Assembly: GCF_006345805.1 (NCBI RefSeq) | Contig: NC_043011.1 | Location: 9,052,001 to 9,116,000, forward strand | From: Octopus sinensis | Taxonomy: Eukaryota | Direction: 5' to 3' | DNA: 64,000 nucleotides | Shown: piece after piece, positions 24,901-34,965 of the stretch | How the letters are laid out: each line of letters begins with the position of its first letter | Position numbering within the stretch: the first letter of the stretch is position 1 | Notes under the pieces: model-generated | Told to the model about the DNA's origin: nothing | Seen by the model: the letters and a program-made list of their open reading frames with translations, nothing else | The model's database searches: none | Program-made: the position numbers and the translations under genes

Positions 24901-27900
24901 AGGATATGCGTAAGCTCGCAAGAAATGAAGCCAGTATGCTCCGATGGATGTGTAATGTCAGTGTTCATACTCAACAGAGTGTAAGTACTTTGAGAGAAAA
25001 GTTGGACCTAAGAAGCATCAGTTGTGGTGTGCAAGAGAGACGTTTGCGCTGGTATGGTCATGTGGCAAGAATGGCTGAAGATAGTTGTGTGAAAAAGTGC
25101 CACACCCTAGCGGTTGAGGGAACCTGTGGAAGAGGTAGACCCAGGAAAACCTGGGACAAGGTGGTGAAGCACGACCTTCAAACTTTAGATCTCACCGAGG
25201 AAATGACTAGAGACCGAGACCTATGGAAGTATGCTGTGCGTGAGAAGACCCGGCAGGACAAGTGAGGCCATAATCCCGTGGCCCTGGGATGTAGCCAGCC
25301 CACTTATACATTCCTTTCCTTCTTGGGACACAAAACTCCACTTGTGAAGACCTGTTGAGGCAAGTGAAAATCAAAATCAAAATCGTAATCTATCAACATC
25401 AAATGGAATTTGTAGCTGTGATACCAGTGCTGGTGGCACGTAAGAGAACCATCCGAACGTGGCCGTAGCCAGCGCCGCCCAACTGGCCTCCATGCCGGTG
25501 GCACGTAAAAAGCACCATCCGATCGAGGCCGTTTGCCAGCCTCGTCTGGCACGTAAAAAGCACCCACTACACTCACAGAGTGGTTGGCGTTAGGAAGGGC
25601 ATCCAGCTGTAGAAACACTGCCAGATCAAGACTGGAGCCTGGTGCAGCCTCCTGGCTTCCCAGACCCCAGTTGAACCGTCCAACCCATGCCATCATGGAA
25701 AAGCGGACGCTAAATGTTGATGATGATGATGATGATTAGGTTCAATGCTCTGCCAATTCTATTAATTATCTTTTTGCTTGAAGCACAACGCCTCAAATTC
25801 TTGGGAAGGTGCAAGTCAATTTCATCAACCCCAGTATTCAACTGGTACTTACTTTATTGACCTCAAAAGGAGAAAAAGCTAAGTCAATCCCAGAATAATT
25901 TGAACTCAGAACATAAAGACAGACAAAATGCCACTAACTCACTTCTCTTAACAATCTCATCCTCATCATCCATGCTGGCATGGGTTGGACAGGAGCTGCA
26001 CCCAATTCCATTGGTAGGGTTTCGGCAGCTGGATGCCCTTACCAAAGCCAACCACTATACAAAGTATGTTGGGAGCTTTTTACATGAAGGGAGTGGAGTT
26101 AGCCTGTTAGATGAACCCCCACCCCCCAAACACCACCTCCAACTACCTCAGTATATGACTGGTACATATTTTGTCAATACTAAATGAAAGATGATGCCGA
26201 AACAACAACAACAATTCATAATACTAAAAAAAAAACTTACCAATAAACTCTTCCTAGTTGGAGTCAGCTGACTGTTAGATAAATGAGAAATGGAATGTTC
26301 AGTGTCCGCAACATGACCAGAATCATCACTGTTATTACCATCATCATCATCATCATCACCATCACCATCATCATCATCCTCAGATAAATCTGCATTTATC
26401 CCAGTTTGTCTGGAACCGTTTCCCAGTATGCTGTTTATTTTACTGCCACGAGTTTCGTAAGGACTGCGCTGTACAATATTTGATTGGGAATGTTGTTTCC
26501 TTTGGTTCTCAGAATGTATTGCAGAGGCTGAGGAATCTGACGGGTCAAGTTCTGAACAAATTTCTTCTTCTTCTTCATCCTCCTCCTCCTCTTCTCTTAT
26601 GTCATTTAGTGACAAATCTCCACTGTTCTCCATGTTGATGTCATCCTCCTTTTCTGACGCTGCCTCATCACTAGACAACAATACAGTCTCCAGAAGGCTA
26701 TTTATATGTTCAATACTTACATTAGTGAACAAATCATCATCATGACCATGACCACTGTTCTGCCACTTTGATCCACTCCTAGGGCTAGACTCAATGAGTT
26801 CTGCTGAGGAATCAAATTCCCCTGAATTGAGACAAGGGTCACGATTATCCCTAAAGTCATTGAGGATGTCAAAGATGGGCCTTGAACTCATTATGTATTT
26901 CATGTAGGCACAATCATTCCCACATGGCTGATCCAGGGAGCAGTGAGCACAAGAACTCAACAGCAAAGACAATTGTTTCTTTTGCAATAGTTTGTCCTGT
27001 CTAGATTTCCTGTCAGCAGAACTCTCGTCAAACAGACTCGGAGTATAATCCTCACAGCTGATGTAGCTTTCTGTGCTTAACAACTGTTCAACTCCAGCAT
27101 CAAGTTTTTTTAACTGAACAACACAATCAAACGGACTACTCTTGGCACTAGAGTAAGCCTCTACAGAGTTACCGCTGCTGCTATTACTATTGTCATTGCA
27201 ATTATTTTTTTTTTGGCCGCGTCGAGGAGAAGAAGAAGTAGGATGGCATCCACTTCTCACTGAAGATGAAAACATACTGCTATAATTAGCAGCATTTTCG
27301 ACATTTTGTTCAAAGCTTTCATCTCTGTAACTATTTAGAAATGATCCATTTTCTCTGCTAGTGTTTTTTAAATTATCAAGATGCTTTTCAATTTCAGGGC
27401 TATGCTCTAGCCTGACAACAGGTAAATATGCAGGAGTACTAGTGGTAATTTTGGCCTTTTTCGCTCGGGTGCCACGAAGCACATCGTCTCGTGATTCATG
27501 TTGTTTATTTCTCAAGAAATAATTGGAATCATTTGTCTCAGACAACTGATCGAAACTGGTAGTTGTAAGGCGAGTGACTCTGGGGAAATTCTCTGCATAT
27601 GGATTTGCTGCAATTGGTGACTCAGAGATGCACAATTCATAGTTGTCGAAATCACTGAAGTGCATCGAAACACTTTTCTCATTCGATTCTTTGAATAAAT
27701 CAGGGGAACACGCCTTCAGCTTTGTCCAGTTGGGAAGTCTTTTTTTATGAGTTGATGGAGGAACAATTTTCTTGGTTGATTTTGGTAAATGTTTGATATT
27801 TTTTGGAGAAGATCCTTTGAAAGAATCAGAGAAACTGGATACAAAATCCTGAAATAAAAAAAAAAACACATATAATTAAAGTTAAATAATGACTAGAATT

Positions 27901-29853
27901 AATCAGACAATGTCCAAGGCTGGTCATTCAGTTTGGTCTGAAGGAAAGGGTAATGTCTATGCAGACCCTCCACAACCAGTGAAATACACAAGTCACAGTT
28001 AATAAGGTTCTTTGATAGAAGCTAATTATTTAATTAATTAATAATAACAATGAAGTTACAATGAGAGGTTTCTTGGCAAGGACTCTGGAAAAGTTTACAC
28101 TGTTTTCACCAAAAAATGATAAAATAGATTTTAAGGTTGAACATCCAGGTGCTAACAACTGGTATAATTGGGAAAAAAAACCACTTAAAAATATCAACAC
28201 AGCCAGAATAATAAAAAGAAGTGAGTGGTTTGCTTTTTAGCCTGATGTTGTGAGAATTTGTTGCTAAATGAAGGGAAGAGGAGGACATTTGCAATATTGT
28301 AAATCAAAGCTGGCAATTAAGAAATAATTAATTAACGATGATATAAAAATAAATAACTTCTCAGCCGTTACTACTATTTATAGGGTCAGTGCTTTATGGT
28401 ATAAGAAAAGAGAGAGAGAGAGAAAAATCTCTCCATGGAAATATAACACTAGTCTTAAATTTTAAGTTTCAGATGATATGGTAGGTACCCAAGAGCAGAG
28501 AAAATATGGACGAGGGGGTTCTATTCTGAAACACAGTTTAGCAGTAAATTTGACCATATCACCAAAGAATAACTAAACTAATAACTGACTTATGCAATCA
28601 TAAGCACTGGACATTCGAACAAAAACAATATAATCAGTTTAACATGAAAGAATCAGCTGACGACATGTTCTTTAACAGCTGGTTCCAATCCTGACATCCT
28701 TACTTTATCAAAAAATAATTTCTCTTCATTTCTTCTCTTCTCTCTGTGGCATCGATTCTCTTTTTCATCTTCGCTTTTTGATTTTTTTGCCTTTCTTTTT
28801 TTCCTGGACAAAAAAAAAAGTAAAACAAACACATTAATTGGAAAAGAAATTCTAAGTTATCTCATGCTTGCATTCTTAACAGTTTTTTAAAAAAACTTTC
28901 ATCAGAAAATGCTTGTTTATGTTTCGCTCGGTTGTCTCCACTTTGCTCCTACATTATTCTCAACTTTGGTAGAACAAAGAGATGACTAGGGACCACAAAA
29001 ACGTAACTACAGTGCTACTGTGGGTGTGGTGTGCATCAGGGGCCAAAGTAGGAGCAAAAGTTGTAGTGATTCGAATAAAGAGAGAAACCTTAAGAGAAGG
29101 TCAGGATGCTGGAGCGGAAAGGTGAAAACTCTAAGATGGGATCAGTGCAAAGAATATCTCGTCAAAACAAGACTGGTTTGATGGCTTCCAGTTAGATTAA
29201 TGGGCAACTTAGGGTTAGCTGACAACATTTCCATCTTTTAACAGGGCTTTGTTTCCATCTAGGGTCAAACTATGTCAAGAAGGCAGAATGCAAAATAGAT
29301 CGACAGCAGAGTGCAGGGTGAGCAGAGAGAGAAACTCCTTACCGGAGATAGACAAGTAAAACAATATGGTATATGATTCAGAATATTTAAACCTTGATTT
29401 TAAGAGCCACAGCAGTCGTTTCAGCAATACCTGTGACTCTGCAGTATAGGAGTTCAATAGCTTTACAAGATCTTCAAGGGTTAACACCTGACATAGACAA
29501 GCATCTTATAACAGAGGAGAGATTTGTCACTCATTTGTTTAGCACCAAAGAACAATTGTTAACCACTGGGAGGGTCTTAAAAAGTCCCCTCCCAGTTATT
29601 ATTCTATCAATCAACAGTTTCCAAGTTTCAAAAAGAGGTGGAGGCGGGGAACAACAAAACAAAACATCAAAGATACTCACACTTTGTTTGCTTTCCTGGT
29701 TGTTACAAAATCTTCGTCTGGAGTGAGGCTATTGGAACCACTAAACAGGGTCTGTTTAGTTTTCTTGATATTATCTTCCCAGACGTCAGTCTTAATAACA
29801 CGGGATTTGTGTCTGCCATAGGTTTTCACAACTTTCTCCTTTTTACTCTCCAT
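8828..29853 (-). CDS. HASPIN: Haspin (GSG2) Ser/Thr kinase, 12 coding exons, 978 aa: complement(join(8828..9041,9863..9965,11061..11292,14397..14470,16596..16687,17335..17397,19078..19163,20569..20656,22732..22835,26241..27848,28704..28803,29681..29853))
   Basis: Exons were found by hand translation. All introns are GT-AG with matching phases, the total is 2937 nt, and there are no internal stops. Haspin signatures: KIGEGVYGEVF, VALK, IIPIEG, ELSEL, GKYP..L..QWD, VFEFGDGG..LE, EHRDLHWGNVLV, IIDFTLSRL, ELFQG.GDYQF.VYRMM, W..F.P.NNVFWIHYL, and an N-terminal KTYGR motif. Confidence 0.93.
9425..9600 (+). mobile_element. Short RTE RT fragment adjoining a SINE tail
   Basis: DEMQFGF...AIFLVKKLQKYL..KSLYLAFV..KKAFDRV..SLIWWSM is homologous to ORF 23842-24591. 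Confidence 0.8.
9863..9965 (-). CDS. HASPIN: Haspin coding exon 11 (DCTVFCDLAPDEELFQGSGDYQFHVYRMMK)
   Basis: Haspin C-lobe motif. TTCCAG and GTAATA splice sites. Confidence 0.95.
10299..10377. mobile_element. 79-bp TA-flanked hairpin MITE (38-bp inverted arms, 3-nt loop)
   Basis: Arms at 10299-10336 and 10340-10377 with 3 mismatches. TA at 10297-10298 and 10378-10379. Confidence 0.7.
10731..10822 (-). ncRNA. Type I hammerhead ribozyme motif in a haspin intron (sense orientation)
   Basis: CCT-CTGACGA-[GGTTCAACTTTCA..TGAAGGTCTTGAATT]-GAAAC-GGCT-GTA-AGG. Stem I extends as AAAC/GTTT past an internal loop. Confidence 0.7.
11061..11292 (-). CDS. HASPIN: Haspin coding exon 10 (catalytic loop HRDLHWGN; IIDFTLSRL)
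   Basis: Diagnostic haspin catalytic loop, with DFT in place of DFG. TTGCAG and GTAAGT splice sites. Confidence 0.97.
12100..13095 (+). mobile_element. Degenerate 3' portion of an RTE LINE plus 3' UTR
   Basis: GGGCSERAEARIRIVWAKFRELLPLLATKG... is homologous to 24720-25735. Confidence 0.85.
13160..13822 (+). mobile_element. 3' fragment of an R4/Dong-like LINE (restriction-like endonuclease)
   Basis: LWNFTIQTDRKIDANRPDIIL...LLIDMTVP...K..KY..L...IPVVIGA is a PD-(D/E)xK RLE. Flanked by (AAT)n. Confidence 0.85.
14397..14470 (-). CDS. HASPIN: Haspin coding exon 9 (IFSADQLFVVFEFGDGGSTLEDFK)
   Basis: Hinge motif. TTCCAG and GTAACT splice sites. Confidence 0.93.
14620..14960 (-). mobile_element. 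RTE 3' UTR/tail copy in inverted orientation
   Basis: Reverse complement of 25430-25735. Further minus copies at 15375-15540 and 20030-20160. Confidence 0.82.
15214..15951. mobile_element. TTAA-flanked MITE (piggyBac-like termini) containing nested repeats
   Basis: TTAA|CCCTTTCGTTACC ... GGTAACAAAAGGG|TTAA gives a 13-bp TIR with one mismatch and a TTAA TSD. Confidence 0.7.
16596..16687 (-). CDS. HASPIN: Haspin coding exon 8 (VSCVKGKYPAQLLKQWD...DNDRP)
   Basis: Haspin insert motif. TTATAG and GTCAGT splice sites. Confidence 0.93.
17335..17397 (-). CDS. HASPIN: Haspin coding exon 7 (ELSELQFGVEEQTRNFISVN)
   Basis: CAACAG and GTAAGT splice sites, phases 2/2. Confidence 0.9.
17830..18500 (+). 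mobile_element. R4/Dong-like LINE fragment (post-RT region and CCHC finger)
   Basis: GALHPKSNTDRLYLSRRKGGRGL; MYGQF; CRMCGERGETVWHIDSEC; HDNVA..IHW.LC. Starts directly after (TAA)n. Confidence 0.85.
19078..19163 (-). CDS. HASPIN: Haspin coding exon 6 (IIPIEGTFNVNDCAQKTFGEMLPEIVIS)
   Basis: Haspin motif. CTCCAG and GTAAGT splice sites. Confidence 0.95.
20569..20656 (-). CDS. HASPIN: Haspin coding exon 5 (KIGEGVYGEVF...VALK)
   Basis: Gly-rich loop and catalytic Lys. TTGCAG and GTAAGT splice sites. Confidence 0.95.
20861..21128. repeat. 27-bp minisatellite, about 10 copies (CCAGGACCAGATCCTGCTAGAGGTACC)
   Basis: Units read directly. A 33-bp repeat of about 2.4 copies follows at 21222-21300. 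Confidence 0.92.
22005..22039 (-). ncRNA. Degenerate minimal hammerhead motif in a Penelope-like pseudo-LTR (approx. 21905-22105)
   Basis: GTTT-CTGACGAA-GAGC(TCC)GCTC-GAAAC-ATT-AAAT. The core is present but stem III is mutated (AACATT rather than palindromic AACGTT). Confidence 0.55.
22732..22835 (-). CDS. HASPIN: Haspin coding exon 4 (AILSPIKCPLSPKSKILKQCQQDRFISFTECIKP)
   Basis: CACCAG acceptor, GTAAGT donor, phases 0/2. Confidence 0.88.
23838..25735 (+). mobile_element. 5'-truncated RTE-clade LINE with an internal PHD-type finger
   Basis: QFGFVPGKSTTDAIF, FVDMEKAFD, GVHQGSVLSP, LLYADD, RRLRWYGHV and GRGRPRKTW. One frameshift, one stop, 3' UTR and (GAT)n tail. Confidence 0.93.
26241..27848 (-). 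CDS. HASPIN: Haspin coding exon 3, 1608 nt, low-complexity Ser/acidic region
   Basis: 536 open codons within ORF 26148..27869. TTTCAG acceptor at 27849 and GTAAGT donor at 26240. Confidence 0.92.
28704..28803 (-). CDS. HASPIN: Haspin coding exon 2 (KKRKAKKSKSEDEKENR...LFFDK), basic and NLS-like
   Basis: Poly-T/CCAG acceptor and GTAAGG donor. Phase 2 in and phase 0 out fit the neighbouring exons. Confidence 0.8.
29681..29853 (-). CDS. HASPIN: Haspin first coding exon (MESKKEKVVKTYGRHKSRVIKTDVW...ANK)
   Basis: ATG at 29853 with an in-frame TGA just upstream. Tandem TAG/CAG acceptor at 29877-29872 and GTGAGT donor at 29680 (phase 2). Confidence 0.85.
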
Positions 29854-30854
29854 GAAGTCATGGAATGGTCACTGCTAAAAACAAAGATGAATAATAAACA
29901 CCTCAGGGAGAGGAGAAGTACTCAAAGCATGTAAATGTTTGGTAGTTGAACGGTGAGGAGTGACACCCAACTCACTTTCTCCTGACACTCAAAACTGTTC
30001 AGACAACAAATGGATCCAAGCAAGAATTGTTAACATAGGACAAAGATATCTTTTTATTGGACTCTGACTCAGCCCAGAATACCCTAGAACTTATTTCACT
30101 TTGACACCTCCTTTAGCAATTTCTAATTGCCGAACTGCTAAGTTACGGGGCATTGAGATTAAAGTGCTGATCGACCATCTATAGCTAAAGCAATAGAGAA
30201 CCAGGCATTGTTTAGTGTTGTCCATCCCTGCTGACAGAGGGCAGCAACTTGTAACCCTAACTCCTGTATGAGACTTGAGAGAAATATATGAGGTATGATT
30301 TTTCCGTTGTTCACATGGAGGAAAGGCATACCCATATAAGGAATAAAACCTTTCAGACAGAGAGGAGTGGACAACTGGAAAAATTGCTAATTAATGTTTA
30401 GACCGAATTCTTGTAAATTGGTTGTGAAAGGGAAAACAATGGAGAGGAAGCGGGAGGGATCCTGGGCTTGAAAGTGTGTTTAGGTGGGGGTCAAGTGAGA
30501 CGGGGAGTGATGGGAGGAGAAGGTGCAGATACGAGCGGAGGTGGTCGCTGTGTTAATAGTAATTGAGATGGGCTTTTTAAGGACCTGGTCAGTCCAAGAT
30601 TCTAATGTTCAGTTGTAGCTATCTAGCGTAGTAGGGGAATTCCATTAGAAAATAAAGAGATATGAGTGGTGGTCATATCGTAGAGGTCAGGAATGCTCTT
30701 ATTATCATCCAAGATATAAAAACCGATGGATTAAGAGATGTTGTTACAAAAGGGATGAGGTCAAGTATTTTGCCCACATTCATAATCCCTCACTATTTTT
30801 TATATATCTGAGTGTGTGTCTGTACACACACGTATTTGCATGTGCTTATATGTG

Positions 30855-30906
<52 letters not shown>

Positions 30907-30933
30907 AATATATGTGTATATATATATATATAA

Positions 30934-30967
<34 letters not shown>

Positions 30968-31528
30968 GTGGTGTGTGTATATATATATATATATATGTAC
31001 ACACACACACATTTATGCATATTGATTGATTTACATCCACATCCAACAATATCGCGGTCGTTCGTGTGTCTTTGTAGCAAAATGTCTTGGCGGACCGACA
31101 TGGACTTGTCGCTTCTCCCAGTCTTGGTCCAGTGGAACATTCAAAGACGGAGAAGATGACGGGGGGGGGGGGGCACCAACATTTGCTTCCACATCGCAAT
31201 TTTAGTATTCATCTAAATCATATTCTCATATATTTGTCCGTTTGAATCTCTTCGCGTTTAAATAATAATAATAATAATGAAATCATTGTATTCTGTGCTC
31301 GAACGGGGCCAAATACTTGCTAGGGTCCCTGGTTGGCCCCTTTTGCTTAGAAACCGTTTTCAATCTTATTTTACGTTCGTCAACACAAAAGAACAAGTTT
31401 TTACCCTGGAAGGTGGTCTTAATTAATTAATTATTGTTAATCCCCCCCCCATAAAATCCCTGAAACCAGAAGGGGGGGGGGCGCAGTGCAAATTCTGTTT
31501 TTTTTCCTCAAATCTTTGGTCAACTTAC

Positions 31529-31680
31529 CTTCGATGTTACAACAACAACAAGAAAACTGCTTCCACCGTGACCACCACCGACAACAACAGCAACAGACAG
31601 TCGATTAATCCAGACTGTTAATTAATTCAATCAATTAATTAAATCCCTTCATTAAACGATTTCTCTTCGACTCTCAGCGT
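31529..31680 (-). other. HASPIN: Probable non-coding first exon (5' UTR) of haspin; transcription start not determinable
   Basis: Strong AAG|GTAAGT donor at 31528 in unique, CpG-containing sequence next to promoter-like motifs. Confidence 0.55.
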
Positions 31681-31724
31681 TTGAATCTCGCGCACTTCCG
31701 TTAAACGCAACATTCACCGGAAGT
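31678..31724 (-). promoter_or_regulatory. Candidate haspin promoter: CDE/CHR-like GCGCG-AGA-TTCAAA plus two ETS-like CGGAAGT sites
   Basis: GCGCG at 31693-31689, a 3-nt spacer and TTCAAA at 31685-31680 match BSSSS-NNN-TTYRAA. ACTTCCG at 31694-31700 and CCGGAAGT at 31717-31724. Confidence 0.5.
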
Positions 31725-31750
31725 TAGCAATAAACCGCTCAATATACACT

Positions 31751-31980
31751 CCCCCTCTCTCTCTCTCTCTCTCTTACACTCTTTCTTTCTATTATTTACT
31801 TCCTCTCTCTTACTTTTACTCTTACTCTCTCTAGATCACTCTTACTCTACCTCTTTCTCTCACTCCCCTCTTTTTCTTTCTCTCTTTTATTCTTTCTTTC
31901 CCTCTCTTTGTTTCTCTCTTTCCCTCTCTTTTATTCTTTACTCTCTCTTTCTCTCTTTCTCTTTCTCTCTCCTTTTTCTT
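31751..31980. repeat. Polypyrimidine (CT-rich) tract upstream of the haspin promoter
   Basis: About 230 bp, almost all C/T on the + strand. Confidence 0.85.
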
Positions 31981-32024
31981 AACAAATTCAAGTAAAAATC
32001 ATTTCTTAATATTTAAATCTTTCC

Positions 32025-33157
32025 GGAATCTTTTCGGTTTTTCGGCATTTTTTTCTTTGTTAAAAACTGCCGAAAAACAACCGAAAAGATCCCAAGAAAG
32101 TTTTCGTTACTCAATAAAAAAACTCCAACGCAAAACATAAACCTTTACATGAGGAAAATATCATAAAATATGTATTTTAAAAGAGTTATGAAGGAAGTCG
32201 GGATGTGTAAGAATGAGCCGAAACTCTTTCAAAATGATGGGTTTTTTGTATATTGTTATCAGCATAGTTGTATTCTACATTTTCGGTAACATATCTCCGA
32301 AAAGATCCTGGTTCCGCTAAAGAAACCTTCAACAGAAATAAGCTGTTGTGCTGGACGTCCCAATCATTCTAGGAAAGTAATATAAAGGCATAACTACACT
32401 TTGGAGCCTCATACAACTTCGGCGCAGCATAACTTTCTGAAAAATGCATATATTTTAATAAAACTTTTCGGAGATATGTTATCGAAAATGTAGAGTACAA
32501 CTATCCTGATAACAATATACAAAAAACCCCATCATTTTGAAAGAGTTTCGGCTCATTCTTACACATCCCGACTTCCTTCATAACTCTTAAAATACATATT
32601 TTATGATATTTTCCTCATGTAAAAGTTATGTTGGAGTTTTATTGAGTAACGAAAACTTTCGTGGGATCTTTTCGGTTTGAACGGCAGTTTTTAACATAGA
32701 AAAAAATGCCGTTCAAACCGAAAAGATCCCAAATATCTTACAAACTATAGAATTTTCTCAATAAAGCCAACAGAAAAAGATGTTTTATAAACACATTCTA
32801 CCAGTATACGAAGTTTAAAATTTTTTAGTTACCTAGAAATTATGTTAAAAACTGCCGTTCAAACCGAAAAGATCCGATTTTTGTTGTTTTTTTTCTTCAA
32901 TTTCTGCAATTTCAACCAATCAATGACATCCATTGAGGTAAAAAACATTCTGTGCCGAATGAATATGTCCCTCGTTTAAGAAACAGATGGGGTTTATTTA
33001 CATTTGTGAAGAAAAAAAGATACCCTTCCCCCCATACCTAACCCTAACCCGAAAACAGATTGAAATGCAATAGATCGATACTAGGGTCATAATTATGGGT
33101 GACAATTTCATATGACAACCGATAGAAAAAAACTGCCGTTCAAACCGAAAAGATCCC
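32025..33157. mobile_element. Composite foldback/MITE cluster sharing a ~28-bp terminal motif
   Basis: Inverted arms at about 32025-32304 and 32464-32729. AAAACTGCCGTTCAAACCGAAAAGATCC or its complement recurs at least five times up to 33157. Confidence 0.75.
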
Positions 33158-33268
33158 TTTCGTGTCATCCTCGAGAGACCTTTTATATTTTTCATCAGAA
33201 GAACCAAATGTTTGTTTGTAATCATGCTAAACGATATCAATCAGTCACAAATATTGGTGCTTCGATCA

Positions 33269-33277
<9 letters not shown>

Positions 33278-33304
<27 letters not shown>

Positions 33305-33890
33305 TTCCTTAAACTGATGCTGTCCATCGTTGAGGTGCCACTCTTGACACTTTTGCCATCAGCTGTTGCCTCTGTTCCCTGTTCCCTTTCATGTGTAGCA
33401 GGGTTTGCGCTGTTGTGGCCTTTCCAGTCTGTGATGCCGTCAGACCAGGATTTTCTGTTTGCTGGTCTTTCGTTCCACCTACAATTGTGCCGTGATCTGA
33501 GGCGGCATTCTTGACCATAGCAGGAAAGCTTTCGTGTTTCTGCCAGTGCAACGAGTGGTTCCTGTCTGACAAAGCTGTTCATTTTGTGTTCTGTGTACGA
33601 AATGTGCGGCACACGTCTGAAGCACGTCTGAAGCACCAAATGCAGCTGGCATGGAAGCGATTCTTCGTTGCATGTCAGCTCTAAGAGTCCAGCTCTCACA
33701 CACAGACGGAAGGATCCAAGTTATCAAAGACTTGTTTGAATATTGTTGGAAAACTAATGGAATCACTTTTCCATTTGGTGTTCAGCTTCGTCATGGCATC
33801 GGAAGCCAAACTGAATTTCATTATTATCACTTTTTGAGATCTGCCATCTCTTGAACGGGACGACTGAGGAATTTTCACCAAAGTTCGATC
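33278..33890 (-). mobile_element. Degenerate RTE-like LINE 3' fragment
   Basis: KLNTKWKSDSISFPT..., CESWTL.ADMQRRI, ISYTEHK.N.FVRQ, RKSWSDGITDW. (GAT)n tail. Confidence 0.75.
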
Positions 33891-34881
33891 CAAGTTTTGA
33901 TGTTAAAAATAACAATTAAGCTATGAATTTCTAAGGGAGATAATTAATAGACTAAATGCCTGTACATACTTGGTTATTTCCCTTCCGCCAGTGTTTTTCT
34001 TTCACTTATCTTCCGCCTTCACACACCCGCAACACACTTCTCACTTTATTCGTTGAAGGGCCAAAATCCAAAACGTTTGAGGACCCAACTCTTCATGCGA
34101 ATAAAATTCAAATTTTTCCAACAAAGCTGTGAATTTTGTTAAATGATCCCCCCCACCGTTGTAAATCTCTGTTCGTTTTCTCAGTTACATTTCTTATTGC
34201 TACACCTCAGGTCGACACTGACCAAACAAGCTGACCATTACAGACGTTTCAGTCGTGACCATCCAGTCTTTTTCAGACATAATATCTCGCAGTCTACGTG
34301 TTTTAATTTGTATTCCCCCACTTTTTTAAAGATGTTATTATATAATTTGAAGGCGATTTGGCTGCTATTTCTTTTCGGACTTAATTTTGCTTCCTGCGCA
34401 TTTAACGTTAACATTTTTGTTGTGTTTAGAATATTATAAACAAAGATATTGACATCGAGTATAAAAACAGAAATAAAACAGTTTTGCTCTTTGAGGAGTT
34501 CGGATCTCCCAGAAGGATGGCAAACCAAGCCATATTGCTTCGAATTTGAATGCAAAACGCAAAGGAAACGTTTTTAAAAAGAACAACGTATTTTGTCCAA
34601 TTCGTTTTCTGGCACTCTGCAACCTTTTATGGGGGAAATGAATTGAAATTCTTCAATAATTCACAATATAGGTCCCTTTGTTCAAGTTACAGTAAATCAT
34701 TGCAATTCCCCGTTGGAGCAGACATCGTTATTGTTCTTTGGAAAGGCATGCATGCCTTATCATCCTCTTTATTCTCTCCTGAAGGCTTTAGTATTCAGCA
34801 TGGATTTTTATAAATTTTGGATTGGTTTTACGGAAAAAAAAGGTTAACATACCTTTAGGTATGGTGGTGGTGGTGGTGGTG

Positions 34882-34965
<84 letters not shown>

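Noticed and set aside
28860-28960. Possible extra haspin exon
   Set aside because: Phase-compatible frames hit stops and no GT donor fits.
30793-31410. Candidate haspin start exons near 31.0-31.4 kb
   Set aside because: The exon at 29853 provides an ATG with an upstream in-frame stop, the KTYGR motif and the correct phase. No good donor was found for the alternatives.
34060-34090. GAAGGGCCAAAATCCAAAACGTT and similar partial hammerhead-like strings (also near 23667 and 56818)
   Set aside because: Core or stem II is incomplete; too degenerate to call.
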